A DNA stretch of 32,000 bases. Source: Crocosphaera subtropica ATCC 51142 (GTDB lineage: Bacteria; Cyanobacteriota; Cyanobacteriia; Cyanobacteriales; Microcystaceae). Below the pieces are notes generated by a model. It worked only from the letters and a program-made list of their open reading frames with translations, searched no databases and had not been told where the DNA came from. A program made the translations under genes and the position numbers. Shown piece after piece: positions 1-7,625 of the stretch; position 1 is the first letter of the stretch; the number at the start of each line of letters is the position of its first letter. The DNA lies in NCBI RefSeq assembly GCF_000017845.1, contig NC_010546.1:4902272-4934271 (forward strand). Reading direction: 5' to 3'.

Positions 1-114
1 AAGGATAATATCAGGAGGAATTTCACTTTCTCTGATAACAGCATATGCAGGTTGTATTAATAATAAGCACATCAACCCTAAAACTAAAATGAACTTAAAC
101 ACTTGCTTACTCAT
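1..114 (-). CDS. 5' end of a gene for a secreted/exported protein (continues past the window start)
   Basis: ATG at 114..112 (minus) opens a frame that stays open to position 1. It reads MSKQVFKFILVLGLMCLLLIQPAYA/VIRESEIPPDIIL, with a basic n-region, a hydrophobic core and an AxA cleavage-type motif. Too short for a family call. Confidence 0.35.
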   Translation of the reverse strand, partial: MSKQVFKFILVLGLMCLLLIQPAYAVIRESEIPPDIIL

Positions 115-134
115 TTTAATCCCTATTAAATATA

Positions 135-155
135 ACTGGTCACTGATCACTGTTC
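135..155. repeat. Heptamer tandem repeat ACTGNTC x3 (STRR-like)
   Basis: ACTGGTC ACTGATC ACTGTTC read directly. Lies 6 nt beyond the stop (161-163) of the minus-strand MBL gene. Confidence 0.9.
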
Positions 156-160
156 ATGGT

Positions 161-871
161 TTAAACATTGCCACATTGTTCATTAGCAGGAACTGCCTCC
201 ATCATCTTTTTTGGATTAGGTAAGTTAAGATTAGTCATAAAAGTGATAAACTCAGAGCGATCTCGAAGCGATCCGCTTTGCGGTGTACGTCCCACAAACC
301 GAGGATTATATTGCTTTTCTTCTGCAATTGTAGAAACTGTATGACCTCGATAATCATGACCAGGATAGACTAAGGTTTCATCGGGTAAAGTAAACAGTCG
401 TTGCGTCACCGAGTCATATAATGTCCCTGGGTCCCCACTTTGAAAGTCCGTTCGTCCACACCCTCGAATAAATAACGCATCTCCTGTTAAAATAGCCTTT
501 CGGTTAACTAAATAAGCAAAATGACTATCTGTATGGCCAGGAGTAGCGATCGCTTCTACGATCACGTTTCCTAATTGTAAAACCTCTTTATCTTTCATCC
601 ATCGATCAGCACAAGCAATCTGGGCATTTTCAGGTACAATTCCTAAACATTCTGTGATTTCTCGTAATTTTCCCGTTCCTGTGATGTGATCTGCGTGAAT
701 ATGGGTTTCTAAGCAGTATTTTAAGGTTAATCCTAACTCGTTGAGGAGTTGACGATCCCGTTCTACTTGTTCTAAAACAGGATCAACTAATAATGCTTGT
801 TTGAGGGTGCGATCAGCAATTAGATAAGTGTAAGTCGATGACTCTGCATCGAACAATTGACGAAAAAGCAT
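161..871 (-). CDS. Metallo-beta-lactamase-fold persulfide dioxygenase (ETHE1-like)
   Basis: HxHxDH motif (THIHADHITG). The block GDALFIRGCGRTDFQSGDPGTLYDSV...TLPDETLVYPGHDY closely parallels the ETHE1 signature GDxLLIRGCGRTDFQQG...YPxHDY. Full-length 236-aa ORF. Confidence 0.85.
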   Translation of the reverse strand: MLFRQLFDAESSTYTYLIADRTLKQALLVDPVLEQVERDRQLLNELGLTLKYCLETHIHADHITGTGKLREITECLGIVPENAQIACADRWMKDKEVLQLGNVIVEAIATPGHTDSHFAYLVNRKAILTGDALFIRGCGRTDFQSGDPGTLYDSVTQRLFTLPDETLVYPGHDYRGHTVSTIAEEKQYNPRFVGRTPQSGSLRDRSEFITFMTNLNLPNPKKMMEAVPANEQCGNV

Positions 872-889
872 GATTTTATCTCATTTTTT

Positions 890-1828
890 TTATACTTCTA
901 GAACAATTTTACCCACAACGTGACCGGTTTCACTGTAAGTATGGGCTGCCATAATATCTGATAATTGATAAGTACAATCGATAATCGGTTTAACCTTTTG
1001 GTGTTCAATCAAATCTTTTAATTCAGCTAAATCTTTGGGTTGAGGTTCGACTAATAATAATTTCGATTGTTGACGAGAAAAAAACGCAAAAACACTATTA
1101 ATAATGAAGTTTAAACTGGGGGTTAACGTTACATAAATTCCCTCAGGGTTTAAACTTTTCTGGCACTTTCTAAAAGAATAGTTACCCACAATGTCAAAAA
1201 TAATATCATATTGCTTTTCCTGTTGGGTAAAGTCTTCTTGAGTATAATCAATGGTATAGTCAGCCCCTAATTCTGTAACCAAAGGAATATTTTTTCCACT
1301 GCAAACCCCTGTCACTGCTGCCTGGTATGCCTTAGCAATTTGAACCGCAAACGTACCTACACCGCCTGATGCACCGTTAATGAGGACTGTTTGACCTCTT
1401 TTGACCTTTCCTTTGTTCCGTAAGCCTTGCAGGGCTGTAGAAGCTGCTAAAGGAACGGCAGCAGCTTGGGAATGAGTCAGGTTAGTGGGTTTAGGAGCAA
1501 TATTTTGAGGGGTTATAACAATATATTCTCCATAGGCTTTACCCGAACCAGGGCTAAAAAAACCATATACTTGATCACTCACTTGAAAGTCAGAGACTTT
1601 TTCTCCAACTTCTACTGCTTCCCCAGAAAAGTCACACCCCAACGATAAAGGAAACTTTTTCCCTGTGACAACTTGTAACATTCCACGACGAATTTTCCAA
1701 TCGATAGGATTAACACTACTTGCTATAACTTTAATCAGTAATTGTTTAGCTGTGGGGGAAGGTTTCGTTACTTCTGCATATTCTAGAACATCAGGAGAAC
1801 CATATCGATTAAAAATGACACTTTTCAT
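890..1828 (-). CDS. NAD(P)H-dependent quinone oxidoreductase / zinc-type alcohol dehydrogenase-like (MDR superfamily)
   Basis: GroES-like N-terminal region followed by a Rossmann motif (INGASGGVGTFAVQIAK). 312 aa, typical for this family. Confidence 0.85.
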   Translation of the reverse strand: MKSVIFNRYGSPDVLEYAEVTKPSPTAKQLLIKVIASSVNPIDWKIRRGMLQVVTGKKFPLSLGCDFSGEAVEVGEKVSDFQVSDQVYGFFSPGSGKAYGEYIVITPQNIAPKPTNLTHSQAAAVPLAASTALQGLRNKGKVKRGQTVLINGASGGVGTFAVQIAKAYQAAVTGVCSGKNIPLVTELGADYTIDYTQEDFTQQEKQYDIIFDIVGNYSFRKCQKSLNPEGIYVTLTPSLNFIINSVFAFFSRQQSKLLLVEPQPKDLAELKDLIEHQKVKPIIDCTYQLSDIMAAHTYSETGHVVGKIVLEV

Positions 1829-2164
1829 AGCAGTCTTAAAAAAAGATCCTGACTCTGTTCATTTTAGCAGTGTTTTGGCCATTCTAGAACTATAGTTAAG
1901 TGATCATCGGCCACCCTACCCTAATTTTTTTTATACTAAAAAAATAGAATAAATTTATATTTTCAGCTTATTATTTTATTAGTTTTTTTCTAACTCTTCA
2001 GGCATCATAAATTCTTTCATCGCAACAGAATTTGATTAGGAACAAGGAATAGATTTACACCAAGCTAATATAAAAAAGTCCGTAGTTAAGGCTTTAGCCT
2101 TAATGATAATTAAGAGATTTTATCTTTCTGATAGTTCATCTGTTCAAAATTTTGTATTATCATC

Positions 2165-2300
2165 TTGCGAGGGATAAGGAAAATGTCTGAAACCCTGATG
2201 ATCTCGTTCTAACCCTCGCACCCTTACTAGATGCAGATTTCAGCGATTTTACGGAGAGATTTTCTAGGGGTTTGGGTTACAATATAGCTATCCCTCGCAA
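2165..2300. repeat. 12-bp perfect inverted repeat pair TTGCGAGGGATA / TATCCCTCGCAA enclosing about 112 nt (MITE-like or structured leader element)
   Basis: Arms at 2165-2176 and 2289-2300 are exact reverse complements. Related copies: CCCTCGCA at 2213-2220 and ATTACCCCTCGCAA at 2707-2720. Confidence 0.6.
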
Positions 2301-2344
2301 ACCGCCTCTAGACTCTAGACAGGATAGGGGTTGTAGCGAGTACC

Positions 2345-2538
2345 CTCTCTTTTTATAAGAGAACTTAGTTGAATGGAAACATTGTCTAGGCAACAAAAAG
2401 GGTCATCTAATTTTAATCGAACTAACTCTCTTTTTATAAGAGAACTTAGTTGAATGGAAACTAATAGTAAAGTTCAAAAGCTAGTAATTGACTTCTATTA
2501 GACTCTCTTTTCATAAGAGAAATTAGTAAGGTAGGCAA
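2345..2538 (+). CRISPR. Mini CRISPR-like array: 2 identical 36-nt repeats plus 1 degenerate terminal repeat, 2 spacers; no cas genes in the window
   Basis: CTCTCTTTTTATAAGAGAACTTAGTTGAATGGAAAC occurs at 2345-2380 and 2426-2461 (36/36 identical). A third copy at 2503-2538 matches 23 of the first 25 nt and then decays. The unique spacers are 45 nt (2381-2425) and 41 nt (2462-2502). The repeat has an internal palindrome (CTCTT-N5-AAGAG) and ends in GGAAAC, resembling the ATTGAAAC-type handle. Confidence 0.55.
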
Positions 2539-2566
2539 TGCTTACCCTACAATGGAAGTAACAAAA

Positions 2567-2603
2567 AAATAAGTATCCTATGCTTTTGTAGGATACTTAT
2601 TTT
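2567..2603. terminator. Bidirectional intrinsic terminator hairpin
   Basis: 14-bp perfect stem (AAATAAGTATCCTA / TAGGATACTTATTT) with an 8-nt loop. It is followed by TTTT on the plus strand and TTTTTTT on the minus strand. It sits between the array and the minus-strand gene ending at 2765. Confidence 0.55.
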
Positions 2604-2764
2604 AATAGAAATTAATCTTTTCTGTAATTTGTAATATCAATTCTCAAAAATAACTAGAGGGATTGCTTCGGGGTATTTTCAATAAAACTCAAAACTTATT
2701 ATTTATATTACCCCTCGCAATGACCAGTTAAACCTTCAATTACTTTCGATAATCTGTATAATTT

Positions 2765-3157
2765 TTACATCGATAATTGATCAGGAGATTGACTTTCGGC
2801 TAACGTTTGTTGAGGTTGATTTGATTTGAGAAAAACGTATAAATTAGGGATCATATAGCCTTTCCGTTCAAAACGAACCATCATCGCTTCTTTAACTCCA
2901 TACTCTTGGTTAAGTTCGCTTAACGCTTGATACAAAACCTGTCCAGTGGGATCGCCTTCAACTTCAGGATCAGGGTGGAAATAATAACCATAATTCGGTT
3001 CTACAATAGCTACATTAGCTTGACGATTCACTTTAATAAAGTAATCTTTGTCTTCAATATGAGATTGAGCAAGATTTGTTAAATTTAAACCAAGAATGGT
3101 TAACGTGGTAATGGCAAACGTTAGTGCAATAGCTGGAGCAATTATTTTCTTTAACAT
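2765..3157 (-). CDS. Hypothetical protein with an N-terminal signal/anchor helix
   Basis: 130-aa ORF. N-terminus MLKKIIAPAIALTFAITTLTILGL is hydrophobic. No recognisable catalytic motif. Confidence 0.55.
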   Translation of the reverse strand: MLKKIIAPAIALTFAITTLTILGLNLTNLAQSHIEDKDYFIKVNRQANVAIVEPNYGYYFHPDPEVEGDPTGQVLYQALSELNQEYGVKEAMMVRFERKGYMIPNLYVFLKSNQPQQTLAESQSPDQLSM

Positions 3158-3300
3158 GAGGAATTTATTGAGTGCATTAATACATCACGGATGACAAAGA
3201 TCAGCCGATCCTGTTTTTCATCTTAACGTAATAAAACTTAATATTAAAGAAAAATAAAATATAGTCTTTTTCGGACTCATGAGGTACACCCGTATATTTA

Positions 3301-3328
3301 ACTCCTGACTCCTGACTCCTGACTCCTA
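3301..3328. repeat. Heptamer tandem repeat ACTCCTG x4 (last copy ACTCCTA), STRR-like
   Basis: Read directly. Enclosed by 9-bp inverted arms TGAGGTACA (3280-3288) and TGTACCTCA (3343-3351). Confidence 0.9.
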
Positions 3329-3372
3329 AAACTAGAAAAATTTGTACCTCACAAGTATGGGAACGGCTACAA

Positions 3373-4812
3373 TTAACCCACTCCCCCAAACACTTCGATA
3401 TTATCAAAAGCACAAACAGGAGACGCATGGCCAACGCGGATCGCTTGGTTGGGTTCCCCTTTACCACAGCTAGGGGTTCCATACATCCCCAAAGTTGAGC
3501 GATCGCCTAGCTGAGACAAACTCCGCCAAAATTGATTAGTAATACCCCGATAATTAGGATTTTTCAGGGTTTTGGTAAGCTTACCATTTTCAATGAGTTT
3601 GGCATATTCACAACCAAATTGAAACTTATTCCGATAATCATCAATAGACCAGGATCGGTTAGACTCCATATAAACCCCTGATTCGATGTTAGCGATCATC
3701 TCATCAAAAGAAGTGTTTCCCGGTTCAAGGTTAATATTAGCCATGCGGTCAATAGGGGGGCGATTCCACGAAGAAGCCCGTAAATTAGCCACTCCTGGCA
3801 CATTTGAACGAATTTGACTCTCTTTACTCCCTAATCCTCGTAATAGTATCCCTTCTTTGATTAAATATTCACGGGTGGCTAAATTTCCCCCATCATCAAA
3901 ACGATAACTGGCAAATTGTCCTGATACTGATGGATCAAAGGTAACATTCATCAGAGGGGAACCATAGACCAACTGGCCAAAGTCTTCTAATTTAACAAAG
4001 CTTGATCCGGCGTAGTTTCGTTCGTCCCCTAAAATGCGATCGAGTTCTAAAGGATGACCGATGCTTTCATGTATTTGTAACATCATTTGGTCAGGGGCTA
4101 ACACTAGGGTTGTCGTAGTAGTAGGACAATCTTCGGCTGATAATAATTCTAATGCTTGTTCTGCGATCTTTTCAGCACGGGTTAAAACTTCCGTCTCGTC
4201 AAGACATTCCATCCCTCCTTGATAGGAACGGGCCGTGAGTCCATTATCGGTGCGTTTTTGAATAATATTGCCGTCTTGTGCTGTTGCAGTGTAATCTGTG
4301 GTGATTAAGAGGAATTTTTGATAAACATCGGACCCGTTACTACTAACCAGTTGTATTTCTGTTTCGACCAAACGGGCGATCGCAGAAGTGCTAACAATTT
4401 TATCGTTAACTTTGAGGGTTTCATTAACTTTCAGTAGCAGATCATTGATATCTTTAGGACTGAGAATATCGAGGGGTTTAAGATAAGGAGAATAATAGGT
4501 TCCTACGGCTTTGGGACGTTGTTCTACAGTAAAAGAGTAGATTCCCCATTCGGCAGCCGTCACCGCTTGTTGATAAGCAATTTCTGCGGCCAGCTTAATA
4601 TTATCGAGGGTTAAATGGTTGGTGGCACAATAACCCAGTTGCCCTTTAGCCAAGACTTCCACCATCACCCCTTTACTTTGACTGCGTCCGTTGCTTTGGG
4701 GTTTACCATCCCTAACATAGCGTAGGGTAGAAGTTTCAGTTACTTGGCGTAACCCGATCCAATCAGCCGGAAGATGGATTTCCTTTAACCAGGTTTCTAG
4801 GGTTGAGGTCAT
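3373..4812 (-). CDS. tldD: TldD-family metalloprotease
   Basis: 479 aa. HExxxH-type motif HESIGHPLELDR and a conserved C-terminal GxC...G region typical of TldD/PmbA. Confidence 0.9.
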   Translation of the reverse strand: MTSTLETWLKEIHLPADWIGLRQVTETSTLRYVRDGKPQSNGRSQSKGVMVEVLAKGQLGYCATNHLTLDNIKLAAEIAYQQAVTAAEWGIYSFTVEQRPKAVGTYYSPYLKPLDILSPKDINDLLLKVNETLKVNDKIVSTSAIARLVETEIQLVSSNGSDVYQKFLLITTDYTATAQDGNIIQKRTDNGLTARSYQGGMECLDETEVLTRAEKIAEQALELLSAEDCPTTTTTLVLAPDQMMLQIHESIGHPLELDRILGDERNYAGSSFVKLEDFGQLVYGSPLMNVTFDPSVSGQFASYRFDDGGNLATREYLIKEGILLRGLGSKESQIRSNVPGVANLRASSWNRPPIDRMANINLEPGNTSFDEMIANIESGVYMESNRSWSIDDYRNKFQFGCEYAKLIENGKLTKTLKNPNYRGITNQFWRSLSQLGDRSTLGMYGTPSCGKGEPNQAIRVGHASPVCAFDNIEVFGGVG

Positions 4813-4849
4813 TGATATTTAACTAACATACCTTTAATTTTTTACTATT

Positions 4850-5491
4850 CTAAGATAATTGAAAAACAAAGGTAACTAAATCCCCTTTACCCAAAGAAAT
4901 GCGATCGCCCGGTCGCAAACGGTGACGGTTTCCTGGGGGTAAAGCATTGTAATTAATATAAGTGCCATTGGAACTGCCCACGTCTTCGATATAAAAGATA
5001 CCGGCTTCGTTGCGAATATCAGCATGAATACGAGAAACCACGTCAGAATTGGGTAATCCTGAAACATCGAGATCCGGGGGAATTTGTTCGTTTGGCTTGC
5101 CCACATGGATAATGTCTAGCCCTTGGGGAAGTTCTAGGGTGGTGTCAGTTTGAAGATGCAGTAAACTGGCAGTCTGGGTTTGTAGTTGAGTCGGTGCGCT
5201 GGCTGGTGGTTTTGTAGGGGGGGGTGGAGGTGTTGGGGATGCTTCGGGAAGATTCCCGATCGGAGGGGGTGGGGGTGTCACAGGAGGTGGGGGTGGGGAA
5301 GGTTCTGCTTCTGCTTCTGTCGAACCTTCAAAGGGGTTAGCTGCCCCACATTCTCCACAAAAAGTGGCATTACTGAGTAAGGGCTGACCACAGTTGCCAC
5401 AATTCACCAATTGAGGCAGAGGGGTAAAACAGGCTTCGCACTGAATTGCCCCATCGGGGTTTTGATGCTCACAATTTGGACAAGTAATCAT
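4850..5491 (-). CDS. FHA-domain protein with an N-terminal double zinc ribbon and a proline-rich linker
   Basis: Two CxxC...CxxC ribbons (CPNCEH..CEAC; CGNCGQ..CGECG). Pro-rich run PSPPPPPVTPPPPP...PPPPPTKPP. The C-terminal FHA signature is VSRIHADI...GSSNGTYIN. Confidence 0.85.
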   Translation of the reverse strand: MITCPNCEHQNPDGAIQCEACFTPLPQLVNCGNCGQPLLSNATFCGECGAANPFEGSTEAEAEPSPPPPPVTPPPPPIGNLPEASPTPPPPPTKPPASAPTQLQTQTASLLHLQTDTTLELPQGLDIIHVGKPNEQIPPDLDVSGLPNSDVVSRIHADIRNEAGIFYIEDVGSSNGTYINYNALPPGNRHRLRPGDRISLGKGDLVTFVFQLS

Positions 5492-5570
5492 AATCTAGGG
5501 TTTACTATGATTTTAGGCGGTCAGACATAAATAAAATCAACTGTCTTAAGAAATATCAATAACTTTTTCA

Positions 5571-5591
5571 GGCAAAAGGCAACAGGCAAAC
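5571..5591. repeat. Heptamer tandem repeat GGCAAAN x3
   Basis: GGCAAAA GGCAACA GGCAAAC read directly in the intergenic region downstream of the FHA gene. Confidence 0.85.
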
Positions 5592-5698
5592 GGAAGTGAG
5601 TGTGGGAGGGGTGAGAACTGTGGTGAGTGTAAGAAGAAAATTAACATTTTTCTCCCTCTGCTCCCCCTACCTCCCTAACAACTAACGTTTATTTTGAT

Positions 5699-6418
5699 CT
5701 AACCATTTAACTCTGCCCCGGCTGCCTCATCTAACAACCAGATAAGTTCTCCTTGAGGTTGAACTGCCTTAGCTGGATAGAGGGTTTCATCACCATCAGG
5801 GGAAAAAATCTGAGCTAAGGCAGGGCGTTTATTTTCTCCTGCTACTAAGAAGATGATACAACGAGCATGATTGAGCAAAGGATAGGTAAACGTTAAACGG
5901 GGTTGTCCGTCCTTATTCCCTACAGTTATTAAGCGATCGCTGACGGTTAGGGCTTCTGTTTTCGGAAATAATGAGGCGGTGTGACCATCATCCCCCATCC
6001 CCAATAAGATAATATCAAACGTTGGAAATTCTCCTGCTTCGACCCCAAAAAAGTCTCGTAATTCCTGGTCATGGGTTTGAGCATCCACAGAAGGATCGTT
6101 ACTCCCTGTGGGCATTGGATGAATATTAGAGGAAGGAAAATCCACTTGATCTAACCAAGCTTCACGGGCCATGCGTTGGTTACTATCGGGATGAGCGGCT
6201 GATACATAACGCTCATCTCCCCAAAAAATATGAATTTTTTCTAAAGGTAAAGACTGCTGAGCTAGGGCTTCGTAGAGAGGTTTCGGAGTACCACCACCGG
6301 CTAAAGCAAGGGTAAATTTTTCTTGTTGTTGTAACGTAGTGTGAATTTTATCGACGATTAAATTGAGTGTATGGGCGATGAGAGTCGGTTTATCGGATAA
6401 TACTTGTATTTGTGTCAT
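5699..6418 (-). CDS. pgl: 6-phosphogluconolactonase
   Basis: Motifs LALAGGGTPKPLYEAL, IFWGDERYV and LLGMGDDGHTASLFP. The ORF-track start at 6454 is a TTG. The first ATG, at 6418 (MTQIQVL...), is the more likely start. Confidence 0.9.
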   Translation of the reverse strand: MTQIQVLSDKPTLIAHTLNLIVDKIHTTLQQQEKFTLALAGGGTPKPLYEALAQQSLPLEKIHIFWGDERYVSAAHPDSNQRMAREAWLDQVDFPSSNIHPMPTGSNDPSVDAQTHDQELRDFFGVEAGEFPTFDIILLGMGDDGHTASLFPKTEALTVSDRLITVGNKDGQPRLTFTYPLLNHARCIIFLVAGENKRPALAQIFSPDGDETLYPAKAVQPQGELIWLLDEAAGAELNG

Positions 6419-6681
6419 TCCTAATATATTCTCGTCGAGGGAACTTTTTAGCAACGTTTAGATTATCATTGTAATGACTAGAAGTCTGTGCCTTGCGAAT
6501 TTCCCCTAAATCTTTTAAGCTCATAGCCAGGTTTAACAGTTATGTTCCTGATTAATGGGCGATTTAGCTGAATCCTTTATAAAAACTCCCGCACCTAATA
6601 ATTGAATCTTTTAACGAACAGGGTACTCTCTCTGTAGACTGTTATCTTTAATGAAATGCTATCCACAAACTGATAAAAACA

Positions 6682-7506
6682 ATGAATTATTCAGCATTTA
6701 CGTCTTTAGTTCTCAAACTGATTGGGGTCATCTTCATCCTCTCTTCCCTATTGGATTATGTAACCCTTGCTATTCCTCTTAACTTAGAAAATCAATCATG
6801 GCAAATTGGTTTAGTAACCAATATTGTTGACCGAGGGGTAGTCCCTTTGGTGGGTATTGCTTTTATTTTAGTAGGCTATCTGATTGATGGTTTAGCGGAT
6901 GCCAACCCCTTAAAAAAATCAGGATTTAATCTGAAACTGCCAGTTTATATCCTATCTGCTCTTTTAGGACTAATGTTTTTGTTGATGGTTCCTTTACACC
7001 TTAACAATCTCAATAGTGCTAAAACTGATGCTTTAGAAAGAATTCAACAAGGTGCTGGCCAAGGGGCCGAACAGATTCAGCAGTTTCTTACCCAAGTTGA
7101 TACCTTATCTAGAAATCCAAATCAACTCAATCAGCAGATTCAACGACTCAACCAAGCCATTGAAGCAGGTCAAGTTCAAGGAAGACAGTTAAATGCTCAA
7201 CAGTTAGAAACCTTACGTCAGCAACGCCAACAGTTACAAGGATTACGAGATTTATCCCAAAATCCTGAAGAATACAAAAAAAGAACGGAGGAATTGAAAA
7301 ATCAATTAGAAACCCAACTCCTCGAACGTCGTAAACAAGCAGAAAGTCAAGCTACTACTCAAGCCTTAAAACAAAGTCTCCGTATTGGTTTAAGTAGCTT
7401 GATGTTAGCCATCGTTTATAGTGTGATTGGCTGGATTGGCTTAAAATCAGAAATCACAAGTCCTAAAGGACCTAAGGCAGCACCTCGTCCCAAGGTAAAA
7501 CGCTAA
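6682..7506 (+). CDS. Membrane protein with a central Gln-rich coiled coil (possibly HpsJ-like; family not verified)
   Basis: About 4 hydrophobic helices in the N-terminal half. These are followed by a long Q/L/R-rich heptad-like stretch (QQIQRLNQAIEAGQVQGRQLNAQQLETLRQQRQQLQ), a C-terminal TM helix and a basic tail. Confidence 0.6.
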   Translation: MNYSAFTSLVLKLIGVIFILSSLLDYVTLAIPLNLENQSWQIGLVTNIVDRGVVPLVGIAFILVGYLIDGLADANPLKKSGFNLKLPVYILSALLGLMFLLMVPLHLNNLNSAKTDALERIQQGAGQGAEQIQQFLTQVDTLSRNPNQLNQQIQRLNQAIEAGQVQGRQLNAQQLETLRQQRQQLQGLRDLSQNPEEYKKRTEELKNQLETQLLERRKQAESQATTQALKQSLRIGLSSLMLAIVYSVIGWIGLKSEITSPKGPKAAPRPKVKR

Positions 7507-7625
7507 TTTTCAGAGGGTTATGTGGTGAGATCGGAAAAACATTATTAGCTCTTTCTATCTCCCCACCCTCTCTATTCCCCTTTTTTCTGGTACACGACAC
7601 ATTTATTCGATTCTGATACTAATTT

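Noticed and set aside
1466-1895. Plus-strand ORFs 1466-1648 and 1665-1895
   Set aside because: They lie entirely antisense to the well-supported MDR oxidoreductase gene (890-1828), or run off its 5' end. Their translations are low-complexity with no motifs. They are shadow ORFs.
2160-2344. Possible tracrRNA / anti-repeat upstream of the mini-array
   Set aside because: I found no stretch complementary to the 36-nt repeat in the flanks, nor anywhere I scanned in the window. There is no evidence for a type II/V tracrRNA.
3201-3482. 93-aa minus-strand ORF
   Set aside because: It overlaps the tldD 3' end out of frame and reads through the heptamer repeat block. It is probably an artefact.
5186-5380. 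Gly/Trp/Arg-rich 64-aa plus-strand ORF
   Set aside because: It is the mirror image of the proline-rich (CCN) coding run of the FHA gene on the opposite strand, which makes it a compositional artefact. The same applies to 4876-5106.
6455-6540. 43-codon minus-strand ORF (MSLKDLGEIRKAQ...) upstream of pgl
   Set aside because: It runs into and overlaps the pgl start region, and it has no recognisable family and no RBS. It is probably non-coding 5' leader.
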